Of a stretch of DNA of 64,000 bases, positions 9,778 through 20,120 are shown piece after piece. The first letter of the stretch is position 1. Every line of letters starts with the position of its first letter. This DNA comes from Ignavibacteriales bacterium (GTDB lineage Bacteria; Bacteroidota; Ignavibacteria; UBA10030; UBA8401), in NCBI GenBank assembly GCA_037443785.1, contig JBBINR010000013.1, positions 9,525 to 73,524 of the forward strand. Direction: 5' to 3'. The notes below the pieces were generated by a model. That model worked only from the letters and a program-made list of their open reading frames with translations, was not told where the DNA came from and made no database searches. A program made the position numbers and the translations under genes.

Positions 9778-11967
9778 TTACAAATTTTCAAAAATAAAGT
9801 TTGTGATAAGCGTAAAGAGATGGAGCCGAGTCGTGCCGCCATAAATTCCGTGATTTTTATTCGGATAATACATTGTGGAAAATTGCTTGTTCGCATTTTC
9901 CAGTGCATTGACAAAGTTCACCGAATTCTGAAAATGGACATTATCATCCCCTGTTCCATGAATCAATAAGAATTTCCCTTTTAATTTTCCGGCATGATTC
10001 ATCGGTGCACTAGCAGCATATCCTTCCGGATTATTCAAGGGTGTTCCCATATAACGTTCTGTATAGATGTTATCATAGAATTTCCAATTCGTTACCGGTG
10101 CAACGGCAACGGCAGTCTTAAAATAATCTGCACCAAGTAAGATTGTCATACTTGCCATATAACCGCCGTAACTCCATCCCCAAATCCCAATTCTATTTTT
10201 ATCGACATACGAAAGAGAAGCAAGATATTTTGCCCCTTCAATTTGATCGTTCACTTCCCACGTACCAAGATTCTTATAGGTGATTGTTTTGAACTTCGTA
10301 CCGCGTGCACCGGTCCCACGATTATCGACCATAAAAATCAAATACCCTTTCTGCACAAGCATCGAATACCACAAATAATTTGCACCACCCCATGAATTTC
10401 TTACGACTTGGGACCCCGGGCCTCCGTACGTGTAGACCAACACGGGATATTTTTTTGTAGAATCGAAATTTTGAGGCTTAATGAGACTTGCGTACAGTGT
10501 AACACTGTCAGTTGTCGTGAATGTAAAAAATGACGTTTGTGGAAGAGTGTACTCTTTCAAGGCACCATTTTCATTTGCCTCAACGACATATAATTCCTTT
10601 CCATCGTTCCTTACCATTCTTATTTGTGTCGGTGTTGAGTTATTGGAATAATATTCAAGAAAAGTTTCATAGGAAGGAGAAAAATTTGCTGAATGAGTTC
10701 CGGCGGTTCTCGTCAACTGTTTCTTTTTGCTTCCATCAAGTTTGCAGGAATACATCTGACGATCCATCGGCGATAATTCTGATGATGTAAAGTATACAAG
10801 GCCATTTTTCTCATCAACGCCATAGAACGCATCGACATCCCATTCCCCTTTTGTCACCTGATTGATCAGCGTTCCATCATTCTTATAACGATAGATATGC
10901 CGATAACCATCTCGTTCTGATGCCCACGTAAAAGTTCCATTCTTCAAAAAATGAAGATCGTCATGCACTTCAACCCACGTATCACTTTTTTCCGACACAA
11001 TTAACTTTTGCTGCCCAGATGTTGTATTGTAGAAAAACAATTCGATAAAATTCTGTTCCCGATTCAGACGCTGAACCGAAAGAATATTTTTTTCTCTCGT
11101 CCATTGTATCCTTGGAATATAAATATCGTTGTTCGATCCAAGGTCAAGCCACGTCATACTCCCATTTGCGAAATTATAGACGCCAATTTTAACAATTGAA
11201 TTCGGATCGCCAGCTTTCGGATATCGCATCGTCGTCAAACTCGGATGAGTAGAATCCCATTCCGTCAATGTGTATTCGGGAACACGGTTTTCGTCCAGCC
11301 GCCAAAAGGCAATCGCCGATCCATCCGGAGACCATTGCCATCCGTCGGAAATTCCGAATTCTTCTTCATAGACCCAATCAAATTTTCCATTGATGATATG
11401 TTCAGCACCATCGGACGTAATCTGAGTTTCTTTCGCCGTTGCAATATCATATACATAAATATTATTTCCTCGAACATAACCAATTTTCTTTCCATCAGGA
11501 GAAAACTTTTGATTGTATTGGGGAACATCGACGTTGGATAACCGTGTAAATGATTTTGTTCCGATCTCGTATAAAAAGAAATTCCCCGCAGGAGTTAATC
11601 GCGATAAATACTGCTTCTCGGGCGGAGCAGAAACAAATAAAATTTTCTTTTCATCCGGAGACCATTGATACGTTGTAAATTTAAATGTCGGATCATCGGA
11701 ATTTAATTTCAGCTGCGAGCCATTCACAATCAATTTTTTCGATTGATCTTTGACGAAAAATTGCATGACCGCCGTCGATTTTGAAATCGTATCGTTTTCC
11801 AAATACGTATACGATTTTCCATCGCTCATCCATTGAATTCCTCGAACGCTTTTCCCTGAAAATTTTCCTCCGCTCCAAATATCTTTCAACGTCCATTCCT
11901 TTTCTCCGGCTAACAGAACGGCACATGACAACACGAAGATTGCAAAAATCAATTTTATATTTTTCAT
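9778..11967 (-). CDS. S9 family peptidase, dipeptidyl-peptidase IV-like
   Basis: The ORF track extends to 12222, but that N-terminal extension is non-protein-like and overlaps the upstream gene. The real start is the ATG at 11967 (MKNIKLIFAIFVLSCAVLLA signal peptide). The product has a beta-propeller N-domain, the GWSYGG nucleophile motif, and D..VHF in the catalytic domain. Confidence 0.88.
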   Translation of the reverse strand: MKNIKLIFAIFVLSCAVLLAGEKEWTLKDIWSGGKFSGKSVRGIQWMSDGKSYTYLENDTISKSTAVMQFFVKDQSKKLIVNGSQLKLNSDDPTFKFTTYQWSPDEKKILFVSAPPEKQYLSRLTPAGNFFLYEIGTKSFTRLSNVDVPQYNQKFSPDGKKIGYVRGNNIYVYDIATAKETQITSDGAEHIINGKFDWVYEEEFGISDGWQWSPDGSAIAFWRLDENRVPEYTLTEWDSTHPSLTTMRYPKAGDPNSIVKIGVYNFANGSMTWLDLGSNNDIYIPRIQWTREKNILSVQRLNREQNFIELFFYNTTSGQQKLIVSEKSDTWVEVHDDLHFLKNGTFTWASERDGYRHIYRYKNDGTLINQVTKGEWDVDAFYGVDEKNGLVYFTSSELSPMDRQMYSCKLDGSKKKQLTRTAGTHSANFSPSYETFLEYYSNNSTPTQIRMVRNDGKELYVVEANENGALKEYTLPQTSFFTFTTTDSVTLYASLIKPQNFDSTKKYPVLVYTYGGPGSQVVRNSWGGANYLWYSMLVQKGYLIFMVDNRGTGARGTKFKTITYKNLGTWEVNDQIEGAKYLASLSYVDKNRIGIWGWSYGGYMASMTILLGADYFKTAVAVAPVTNWKFYDNIYTERYMGTPLNNPEGYAASAPMNHAGKLKGKFLLIHGTGDDNVHFQNSVNFVNALENANKQFSTMYYPNKNHGIYGGTTRLHLFTLITNFIFENL

Positions 11968-12055
11968 ATAACTCCTCTCAATATTTTCTCGCTCAAAGTA
12001 AGAAAGATAATTTCTGTGAACAAGGAAAAATTCAATAATGCTATATCCAAATAGA

Positions 12056-12092
12056 ATAAAAAACCTTGATAGTCGTAAAGACCTATCAAGGC
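12056..12092 (-). terminator. rho-independent terminator of the frameshifted OMP gene
   Basis: Hairpin ccttgatag-tcgtaaagac-ctatcaagg followed (minus orientation) by a T-run. Confidence 0.6.
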
Positions 12093-12127
12093 AAAATGAT
12101 TGATATTCCCATGACTTTCTAACTGCC

Positions 12128-13451
12128 CTACAAGCTGAACGATATTCCCATTGTGAAAGCAATACTATTCGCAGCAAACGGATATGGTGCGCCGCCAAAC
12201 TGTGGCTTGGATGGATCGCCATTGCCTATCTCAACATAATCTTTATTTTCTTCATACTCAGTAATTTTATACCGTACCGGCATGGACTTCAATTGATCGA
12301 TGCCATCAATGGTGTATTTGGTTATTTCCGTTCGTGTAATATAAAATGACGCAAGGGTCGCTTTCGCCTGCACAAAAAATGCTGCTCTTGGATTTATTGG
12401 GATATTGAATCCAATATATCCTTCATAGGCAAACGGAATTTTATTCGTGAGTTTCATTTCTTGTTCAAGTGTAGACGTATTTTGCGAAGAACCGGTATAT
12501 ATTTGTTTCATCCCAATTTTTAGATCGTTCTGTACTATTACTCCAACACCAGCACCACCATACGGCTGTAGATTCCCAATATTCGTTTTGAAATGCAATC
12601 CCGCCATAAGTGGAATACTGCTGTAGTTTATTGTCCGATCAACATTATAAGTATACGAACTAGGAGGGTTTGGCGAATTTGTTGATGTACTTGTATAATT
12701 ATATTTTGTCGTTGTGCTTCCGGAGGAATATCCTACCTGCAGGAAAAGGCCCGCTTGATCTTTAAAATAATAAATAATGTCTGCCTCAAACCTGATCCCT
12801 TCTCCGGCAGTTACATAAGTATCTTTTACATTATTATGTGAATAGGAATTAGTTCCAGTTCCACTATTATATGATGAAACGTAATCTTCGCTCGTGACCG
12901 GATTCCCCCCCCTGAGCAAACCCGTATCCACCGGAAACACGGACTTCGAATGATGGAATATTTTCTGAAGTATCCATCTTTGATGAAGATGTTATTGGCA
13001 ACGATGAACCTTCTTGAGCAAGATGTAATTCTTTTGGTCTTGGCGGTGGCGGGGTCCAACCGACTTCAGGGCCACCAACAATTTGAATTTTTGCCGGATC
13101 CTGCCCCATCACATAATTACCCGCAACGAGATCTTTATAATGATTAATTTTTTCAGCAAGCATAAAAAGCGACACTTCAGAGTAATCTACTTTTATCAGA
13201 GATTGCTGACCTTTGTCGTCAATAATTTCAACCTGTGCAAAATAGGTACTATCTGGCGCCCTATAGAACGCCGCACTGACAAAATTTTTAACTGACGGCA
13301 GAAGATGATAGTGTTCTTTTTCGGTCTGATCAATTGTTTCTCCGACAGCGTTGCTAATAATGATCACTCGAGCACTATCTTGTGCTTTCAGAAAAACGAC
13401 AGAGAGAATAATTACAAAGGAGAGAATGGAAGTAAAACGAAACTTTTTCAT
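12128..13451 (-). pseudogene. outer-membrane protein gene (signal peptide plus beta-barrel-like C-terminal half) interrupted by a frameshift in a G8 homopolymer
   Basis: Two overlapping minus-strand ORFs (12867..13451 with signal peptide MKKFRFTSILSFVIILSVVFLKAQ, and 12128..12940) lie in different frames. Together they span 1324 nt, which is not a multiple of 3. The frames switch at ccccccccc (12905..12912). Adding or removing one G joins ...VSGGYGFAQGG to NPVTSEDYVSS.... Confidence 0.7.
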
Positions 13452-13715
13452 AACAACCTTTCTGGCGTGTGAACAGATCAGTGGTTTGTTGTTTCGTTTG
13501 AATAGATGTTCCCACCAACATCACTCTTATGTCTAGGTCTTTCTCGCCGGAACCAATTCAAACTTTTTTTGAGCGCGAGTAATGTAATGGTTTAAAGTTT
13601 GTATGGCAATCTAAATCATGACAAAAATCATTCCGTTGCTTCAAAATAATTTTGTATTTTGTGTGTGAAATAATCTTGATGTCTCCACATCTTTTGCACT
13701 CGTTTACAAGATATT

Positions 13716-15599
13716 ATGTCAAAACAAATCAGTCCTGTTCTTATCGCGGCACAAGAGATTTCAATCCGATTTGGAGAACAGATCGTTTTGAACAATACAT
13801 CAATTAACATTCACCAAACCGACCGGATCGGACTTATTGGAACGAATGGTTCAGGAAAATCGACATTGATAAAAGTTATTGCAGGAATCATCGAACCGGA
13901 TTCCGGAACGATCTCTCGCAAGCGAGAACTTGTCACAGGATATCTTTCACAGGATTTCACACTCGATCATTCAAAATCTGTTTACGAAAATATTATGGAC
14001 GGTGCGCACGACGTTCTGGATATTTTGCGTGAATACGAATCGCTTTCATATGATTCCGACCGTCGGCACGTTCTTGAAGAGCATATTCATCAGTTGGATG
14101 GCTGGAACCTTCAGAACAGAATTGAAACGGCAATGCACTCGCTCAACGTTCCGGATAAAAATCGTGATATCTCGACTTTGTCCGGAGGAGAAAAAAGACG
14201 CGTTGCATTATGTAAGGCAATCATCTCGCGGCCCGACCTTTTGATTCTTGATGAACCGACAAACCATCTCGACACGGAATCTATAGAATGGATGGAAGAA
14301 TTTTTAGAAAAATATTCCGGTGCATGTTTGTTTGTAACGCACGACCGGTATTTTTTGGATTCGATTGCCAATCGAATCATCGAACTTTCCGGCGGAATCT
14401 GTTATCCCCATAACGGTAATTACACCGATTTTTTAATTGACAAAGCCGAACGACAAGCACAATTGGAAAGCGAAGAACGGAAACGAAATAATTTTCTTCG
14501 TCGTGAACTGGAGTGGGTTCGCCGCGGAGCGCGTGCCCGAACGACTAAATCAAAAAGCCGGTTAAAAAATTACTTCGAAATTGCAGACAAAGAAGGTTTC
14601 CATTCTGAAGCAAACGTGGAGTTGGTCATTCCCCCGCCTTCTCCCCTTGGGTCAAAAATTCTGAATTTAAAACATGTCGGAATGGAGCTTGGCGGAAGTG
14701 AATTATTTTCTGATATCGATCTGTTGTTTGATAAGAAAAGAAAATTGGGGATCATCGGCCGCAATGGCGTTGGAAAAACAACGCTTCTTAAAATTATTCT
14801 TGAAGAATTGAAGCCGACGGAAGGGTTCGTTGAACGCGGAGATCGCACCGAGATAAATTACATTGACCAATCGCGCATTGCCCTGAATGACGAAAATACC
14901 GTCATAAAAGAAATCGGCGAAGGGAATGATTGGATCATGTTCGGCGAGGAGCGTTTAACAATCTGGAAATATCTCCGCAAATTTTTATTTACCGATGACC
15001 GTATCAATACAAAAGTGGAAAAACTTTCGGGCGGCGAACGAAGCCGTTTACTTCTTGCAAAGATTTTAAAGAACGGAGGAAATTTTCTCATTCTCGATGA
15101 ACCAACAAACGATCTCGATCTTCCTACTCTTCGCGTATTAGAGGAAGCGCTGGTGGAATTTGACGGATGTGTCATTGCCGTAAGCCATGACCGATATTTT
15201 CTTAATCGAGTATGCAACGGCCTTCTTGCATTCGAAGGAGCCGGAAAAGTTCATTTTAGCGAAGGAAACTACGATTACTACCTCGAAAAGCGAAACGCTC
15301 GTCAAGCAGAACAAATCGAGATTTCCAACGACGAGAAGAAAAAGAATAATCGGAATAGGTCTGAGGTAAAGAAAATGAAATGGAAAGAAGCAAAGGAACT
15401 TGAGACAATTGAAACCGATATCATGCACGCTGAAGAAAATGTCCATCGCATCGAATCTCTTTTTGCTGCAAATGATTTTTATGAAAAATACGGCGAAAAG
15501 ACCGCTGAATTGACCGACGAGCTCAATACAGCAAGAGAAAAAGTTGAGCACTTGTACTCGCGGTGGCACGCATTGGAAGAGTTAAAGAAAGAATTATAA
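13716..15599 (+). CDS. ABC-F family ATPase (Uup/YheS-like), no transmembrane domain
   Basis: 627 aa; two ABC cassettes (GTNGSGKST / GRNGVGKTT Walker A, two LSGGE signatures) and a C-terminal coiled-coil tail. Confidence 0.88.
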   Translation: MSKQISPVLIAAQEISIRFGEQIVLNNTSINIHQTDRIGLIGTNGSGKSTLIKVIAGIIEPDSGTISRKRELVTGYLSQDFTLDHSKSVYENIMDGAHDVLDILREYESLSYDSDRRHVLEEHIHQLDGWNLQNRIETAMHSLNVPDKNRDISTLSGGEKRRVALCKAIISRPDLLILDEPTNHLDTESIEWMEEFLEKYSGACLFVTHDRYFLDSIANRIIELSGGICYPHNGNYTDFLIDKAERQAQLESEERKRNNFLRRELEWVRRGARARTTKSKSRLKNYFEIADKEGFHSEANVELVIPPPSPLGSKILNLKHVGMELGGSELFSDIDLLFDKKRKLGIIGRNGVGKTTLLKIILEELKPTEGFVERGDRTEINYIDQSRIALNDENTVIKEIGEGNDWIMFGEERLTIWKYLRKFLFTDDRINTKVEKLSGGERSRLLLAKILKNGGNFLILDEPTNDLDLPTLRVLEEALVEFDGCVIAVSHDRYFLNRVCNGLLAFEGAGKVHFSEGNYDYYLEKRNARQAEQIEISNDEKKKNNRNRSEVKKMKWKEAKELETIETDIMHAEENVHRIESLFAANDFYEKYGEKTAELTDELNTAREKVEHLYSRWHALEELKKEL

Positions 15600-15606
15600 T
15601 TGAATA

Positions 15607-15654
15607 TAAAAAACGCCGCTGTACCTCCCCAGGTCAGCGGCGTTCGGTTTTTTG
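15607..15654. terminator. bidirectional terminator; copy 1 of a repeated GC-rich hairpin with CCCC loop
   Basis: aacgccgctg-t-acct-cccc-aggt-cagcggcgtt sits between an A-run and a T-run, between the convergent ABC-F (+) and BNR (-) genes. Confidence 0.75.
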
Positions 15655-15684
15655 CTCCAATGCCTTCGAGAACTGAAGCAAATA

Positions 15685-17814
15685 TTATTTAAGCAGCATC
15701 ATACATCGTGTTTCAATATTGTTTCCTGAACGCAATTGATACAAATACATTCCGCTCGAAAGTCCTTTTCCATCAAACGAAGCTTTGTATGATCCTGAAT
15801 TCATCTGTTCATTAACAAGCGTTGCGACTTCTCTCCCAAGAATATCGAACACTTTCAATGAAACAAATCCGTTACGTGAGACTGCGAAATTTATATTCGT
15901 CGTCGGATTAAACGGATTCGGATAGTTTTGCGACAGTTCAAATTTTTCAGGGAGCATATTGGGACTATTCTCTTTAACCTCCGTCGGTCGCGTCGTTTTA
16001 AAAATTCCGTTGAGCGTTCCGGCATAGATTGAAGAAGAAGACATTGTTAAAACTTTTACGTGCTTATCACTCATTCCCGTGCTTACATCAATCCAGTTTG
16101 TTCCACCGCTGGTTGTTTTGAAAACCCCTTTTGAAGATGATGATGCATAAACAGTTCCCGGCATTGGAATAGCGTACGACGTAATATCCCAATCGCTTAA
16201 TCCATCGTTCACTGCAGTCCACGTATTGGCGCTATCGGTCGATTTATAAATTCCCTTCACTAAAGAGGTCTTCATCGTCGCATACATAACGCCGGGACTT
16301 TCAATGGCAACGCGAATTGGAAAACCAAGTTCAACACCAATTGAAATGAACGAGCGGTTTGCCCACGTTACTCCGCCGTCAACACTTTTATTTATCAATG
16401 GGGTTCGCGAATACAGCACACCAGGACTTTCCATGAGTAAATCGTAAACGGTTGTTGTCGTATTTAGCAATCGGCTCCACGTTGCTCCGCCATCAGTTGT
16501 TTTAGAAATTCCTCCATAGGTCATTCCTGCAAGAACAGTGCCCGGTGAAAGTATCAGCAATGTATTCACTTCCATTGTCATCGAAGTGACACTCACATCG
16601 CTCCATGTCGAACCATCGTCAGTCGTTTTGTATACGGTGCCGTTTGTCCCACCAACGTACAATGTTCCGGGACTTTCGATTGCGATTGCATTGATAGATT
16701 TATTTGAAAAATTTTTGCTCAATTCAGTCCACGTTGTTCCATTGTCGTTTGTTTTAAAAACACCATTCTCCCGACTAACGACATACAGTGTTGATTTAGA
16801 TTCATTCCATGCCATATTGGTGATCACGTGCTTGTTAGGACTTACGGGTTGCCATAATGTTCCACCGTTAGTTGTTTTAAAAACTCCCCCAGTGGAGTAT
16901 TCATTCAATCCTATATAAACAATTCCAACATCATCTAATGCAATAGAATTAACTGTTCCTGCAGTTAAACCTGCAATAATCCAACTCCAATTTGCACCGC
17001 CGTCCGTTGTCTTGTAAACGCCATTACCATATGTTCCGGCATATACAATCCCCGAAGCCTCAAATGCAAGACCTGAGATAATAGGTATTTTTGAAAATCC
17101 ATTATTGATTGCAAACCAGTTTGCACCTCCGTCGGTAGTCTTAAACATTCCTTTGGCTGTACCGGCATACATGATAGAGGACGATTCCATCACTATTGAT
17201 GTCGCCATTGTATCTGTCAGACCGTTGTTCATTTGCAGCCATGTTGCTCCGCCGTCAGTGGATTTAAAAACTCCATACGCGCTGTTCGCAACGAACAACG
17301 TATTCGGTGCAACATATAAAAGAGCATTATTTCCCTGATAATTGAATGACAGCGCATTCCAATTGACACCACCATTAGTGGATTTATAAATACTGCCAAA
17401 CGATCCGGCATACATTGTCGTTGCATTTTCAATTGCGATCGACCGGCCGCCAACAGAACTTGCTGAGTGTTTGTTCCATGTAACACCCTTGTTTGTACTT
17501 TTGTACAAATACCCACCCATTGCATATGTTGCGCCGTCAGGTCCCGCCGCAAAGCAATCAAGGGCAAATGTTTTTGTGCTATCCATAATCACTGGATTCC
17601 ATGAAGCTCCTCCATCCGTACTTCTGAATGCGCCCTTTTCTGTTACACCATCAGAATTCACATCGGCATAAATAGTATGCGGCGCAGTAGATTTATCAAT
17701 AAATAATGAACGAATACTGCCGCCTCCGCCTGGTCCGCCAATGGAAGTCCATTGGGCAAATGAAACTGCGGTGATTGTGATAAACAGAAATGCTGTACCA
17801 ATTATTTTGTTCAT
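15685..17814 (-). CDS. secreted BNR/Asp-box repeat beta-propeller protein (Ycf48/GH74/sortilin-like fold) with T9SS C-terminal sorting domain
   Basis: 709 aa. It has a signal peptide (MNKIIGTAFLFITITAVSFA) and more than 10 S/T-x-D-G-G-x-T-W repeats. The C-terminal ~80 aa (ELSQNYPNPFNPTTNINF...LYQLRSGNNIETRCMMLLK) match the Por/T9SS sorting domain. Confidence 0.8.
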   Translation of the reverse strand: MNKIIGTAFLFITITAVSFAQWTSIGGPGGGGSIRSLFIDKSTAPHTIYADVNSDGVTEKGAFRSTDGGASWNPVIMDSTKTFALDCFAAGPDGATYAMGGYLYKSTNKGVTWNKHSASSVGGRSIAIENATTMYAGSFGSIYKSTNGGVNWNALSFNYQGNNALLYVAPNTLFVANSAYGVFKSTDGGATWLQMNNGLTDTMATSIVMESSSIMYAGTAKGMFKTTDGGANWFAINNGFSKIPIISGLAFEASGIVYAGTYGNGVYKTTDGGANWSWIIAGLTAGTVNSIALDDVGIVYIGLNEYSTGGVFKTTNGGTLWQPVSPNKHVITNMAWNESKSTLYVVSRENGVFKTNDNGTTWTELSKNFSNKSINAIAIESPGTLYVGGTNGTVYKTTDDGSTWSDVSVTSMTMEVNTLLILSPGTVLAGMTYGGISKTTDGGATWSRLLNTTTTVYDLLMESPGVLYSRTPLINKSVDGGVTWANRSFISIGVELGFPIRVAIESPGVMYATMKTSLVKGIYKSTDSANTWTAVNDGLSDWDITSYAIPMPGTVYASSSSKGVFKTTSGGTNWIDVSTGMSDKHVKVLTMSSSSIYAGTLNGIFKTTRPTEVKENSPNMLPEKFELSQNYPNPFNPTTNINFAVSRNGFVSLKVFDILGREVATLVNEQMNSGSYKASFDGKGLSSGMYLYQLRSGNNIETRCMMLLK

Positions 17815-17870
17815 TGGTTTCCCCTTTTGTATGATAAATAAATCGATGGATGCTTAGTTCAAGTTATTAA

Positions 17871-17914
17871 CAGGGATAAGTACACTCAATAACGCATATG
17901 CGTCATTTTAAAAT
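17871..17914 (-). promoter_or_regulatory. conserved upstream element with palindrome ACGCATATGCGT, 67-100 bp upstream of the BNR gene start
   Basis: cagggataagtacactcaataacgcatatgcgtcattttaaaat is about 85% identical to the element at 20121..20160, at the same distance from the paralogous start codon. Confidence 0.45.
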
Positions 17915-17918
17915 AAGA

Positions 17919-17952
17919 ACACCTCACAAGGCTGTCCCATATGTGAGGTGTT
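17919..17952 (-). terminator. rho-independent terminator of the upstream BNR paralog
   Basis: Hairpin aacacctcaca-aggctgtcccata-tgtgaggtgtt followed (minus orientation) by a T-rich run. Confidence 0.6.
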
Positions 17953-17968
17953 AGCAAAGCCCAAAAAA

Positions 17969-20062
17969 TTATTTCACCAATATCATCCGTTTTGTTTCCA
18001 CAAAATTTTCAGCTCGAAGTTGATAGAAATATATTCCGCTCGAAAGCCCTATTCCATCAAACGAAACATTGTAGGATCCGGAATTGATATGTTCATTAAC
18101 AAGTGTCGCCACTTCTCTTCCAAGAATATCATACACTTTGAGTGTCACGAATCCATTATGTAACACAGCAAAATTAATATTTGTTGCCGGGTTAAACGGA
18201 TTAGGATAGTTTTGAGAAAGAGAAAATTCCTGCGGAATTATTGAAGGTGAATAATTTTTCACTTCCGTTAATCCACCGCCATTATTTGTTCTTGCAATAA
18301 GCCCTGAAGCACCGACGATGTACCCTATCGAAGATGATGCAAAATAGAGAGCATTCACATCACCAGGCACCGTTGCTTTTGTCCAGCTTGTTCCTCCATC
18401 CGTTGTGCGATACAGCGTTTTATTATTTGTGCATGCAAAACCAATATTCAAATTGACAAAATTAACATCGCGCAATTGTTCAAACCCAATTGATTTTTGC
18501 ACCCACGTATTCCCACCATCAGTTGTTTTGTATGCAACCGGACTGCTTAACGTAACCCAGCCGTTATTTGCATCGATCATGAAAAGTGATGAACTGCTTG
18601 TTGCAAAAGGAGCTATTTTATTCACCCATGTTTTTCCGCCATCGGTAGTTTTATAAATTCCTCCTTTGTCGTCTGTTACAATTCCGTTGGAAGCATCCAT
18701 CATCCAAATTTTTGTGATAGGTCTGGCTGTGCCTACCAAATTTTTCGCCCACGTTGTTCCTCCATCAGTCGTTGCTAAAACATATCCACTGTCAGCGGCA
18801 ATCCAGATTTTGGTAGCATTAACAATTGAAACCGCATAGTTTGTTTTATTTAATCCGGTTGTCATGATATCCCAGCTTAAACCTCCATTCGTTGTCTTCC
18901 ATGCTGAATTAAAACCACTTCCTACTGTCCAACCGTTTTGGCTGTCAATAAATCTAAAATCATACGCCGAAAAACCGACAAACGATGTTAACTTCTTCCA
19001 CACATTTCCGCCGTTGGTTGTTTTTAAAAATTCATTATTCGTGACGATCCAGCCGGTATCTGCATTAAAGAACTGCACGTCCAAACAAGAACCGGTGGTA
19101 ACCGTTCTGTCTTTATTTGTCCATGTCGTTCCGCCATCGGTTGTTGTTGCAATGGTATTATATCCCAAACCCCATCCAAGAGTTGTGGAAAGAAAATATC
19201 CTGTTGATAAAGAGCCAGTCAAAGGTTTTCCAATCGGTGTCCACGTTGTTCCGCCATTCGTTGTTTTGAAATTACTGCCGCCAAATAACCAGCCATTATT
19301 TGCATCAAGAAATTTAAACGTTCCATTGGAAGAGCCGGTAAGAGATTTTGGAGCCCACGTTGCGCCACCATCGGTTGTTGAATATAATCCCAACTCCGAT
19401 GTTAAGAATCCATTCAACGAATCTTTAAAGAATAGATTTGATCCTTGAGTTCCTGCACCGGTTATCGTCATTGTCCAAGAAGTACCGCCATCCGTTGTTT
19501 TCCATATTTTACCACCGCTTCGTTGACCGATCCAAATTTTTTTGGAATTAAGCGCAAACATTGATCCTATATACTGATCAGTTGTAAGAAAGCTAGTTGT
19601 ATCCCACGTTGTACCGCCGTTTATTGTTTTCAGAAAAATATATTTTTTTGTTACAGCATCCGCTGCAGCAATAAATCCTGTGTCAGTCCCGAAAAATTTT
19701 ACTGAATAATTATAGATGTATGGTCCTGTAATTCCTGTGTTAATTTTTGTCCAGGAATCTCCACCGTCGGTCGTTTTAAGCACATCATCGCCAACAACCC
19801 ACCCGGTGGTGGAGTTTACAAATTGAGCAGAAAACATCATACCATCACGCGTTGCCTTTACTGTATCTTTGTTTATCCACGTCGCACCGCCATCCGTTGT
19901 TTTCAGGATAGTTCCAGCTGAGCCAAATACGATTGCAGAATTTTGGTCAAATGCATGAACAACTGAAAGATTTGCACTTGTTGGATACGGATTCTGTGTT
20001 TGCCAGCTTGATTGAGCAAACAAAAAAGAAAACATAAAGCCGAGAATAATCAACTTTTTCAT
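17969..20062 (-). CDS. secreted BNR/Asp-box repeat beta-propeller protein with T9SS C-terminal sorting domain (paralog of 15685..17814)
   Basis: 697 aa. It has a signal peptide and many TTDGGxTW repeats. Its T9SS C-terminal domain (FSLSQNYPNPFNPATNINF...FYQLRAENFVETKRMILVK) is about 70% identical to that of the neighbouring gene. Confidence 0.8.
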   Translation of the reverse strand: MKKLIILGFMFSFLFAQSSWQTQNPYPTSANLSVVHAFDQNSAIVFGSAGTILKTTDGGATWINKDTVKATRDGMMFSAQFVNSTTGWVVGDDVLKTTDGGDSWTKINTGITGPYIYNYSVKFFGTDTGFIAAADAVTKKYIFLKTINGGTTWDTTSFLTTDQYIGSMFALNSKKIWIGQRSGGKIWKTTDGGTSWTMTITGAGTQGSNLFFKDSLNGFLTSELGLYSTTDGGATWAPKSLTGSSNGTFKFLDANNGWLFGGSNFKTTNGGTTWTPIGKPLTGSLSTGYFLSTTLGWGLGYNTIATTTDGGTTWTNKDRTVTTGSCLDVQFFNADTGWIVTNNEFLKTTNGGNVWKKLTSFVGFSAYDFRFIDSQNGWTVGSGFNSAWKTTNGGLSWDIMTTGLNKTNYAVSIVNATKIWIAADSGYVLATTDGGTTWAKNLVGTARPITKIWMMDASNGIVTDDKGGIYKTTDGGKTWVNKIAPFATSSSSLFMIDANNGWVTLSSPVAYKTTDGGNTWVQKSIGFEQLRDVNFVNLNIGFACTNNKTLYRTTDGGTSWTKATVPGDVNALYFASSSIGYIVGASGLIARTNNGGGLTEVKNYSPSIIPQEFSLSQNYPNPFNPATNINFAVLHNGFVTLKVYDILGREVATLVNEHINSGSYNVSFDGIGLSSGIYFYQLRAENFVETKRMILVK

Positions 20063-20120
20063 AAGTCCCCTTTAAGAAGTAATAATGATTTTTTTTAGAG
20101 CTGCATGAAAAATAGAACGA

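Noticed and set aside
11968-12222. The ORF track extends the S9 peptidase N-terminus by 85 codons (MAIHPSHSLAAHH...).
   Set aside because: The extension is non-protein-like, overlaps the upstream OMP gene and the intergenic terminator, and a clean signal peptide starts at the ATG at 11967. It is an artefact of the longest-ORF call.
18405-19448. Plus-strand ORFs (83 aa and 194 aa) with repeated HVFPPSVVL / HVVPPSVV peptides inside the BNR gene.
   Set aside because: These are antisense translations of the Asp-box (TTDGGxTW) DNA repeat of the minus-strand gene. Their repetitiveness mirrors the real gene, so they are not independent coding regions.
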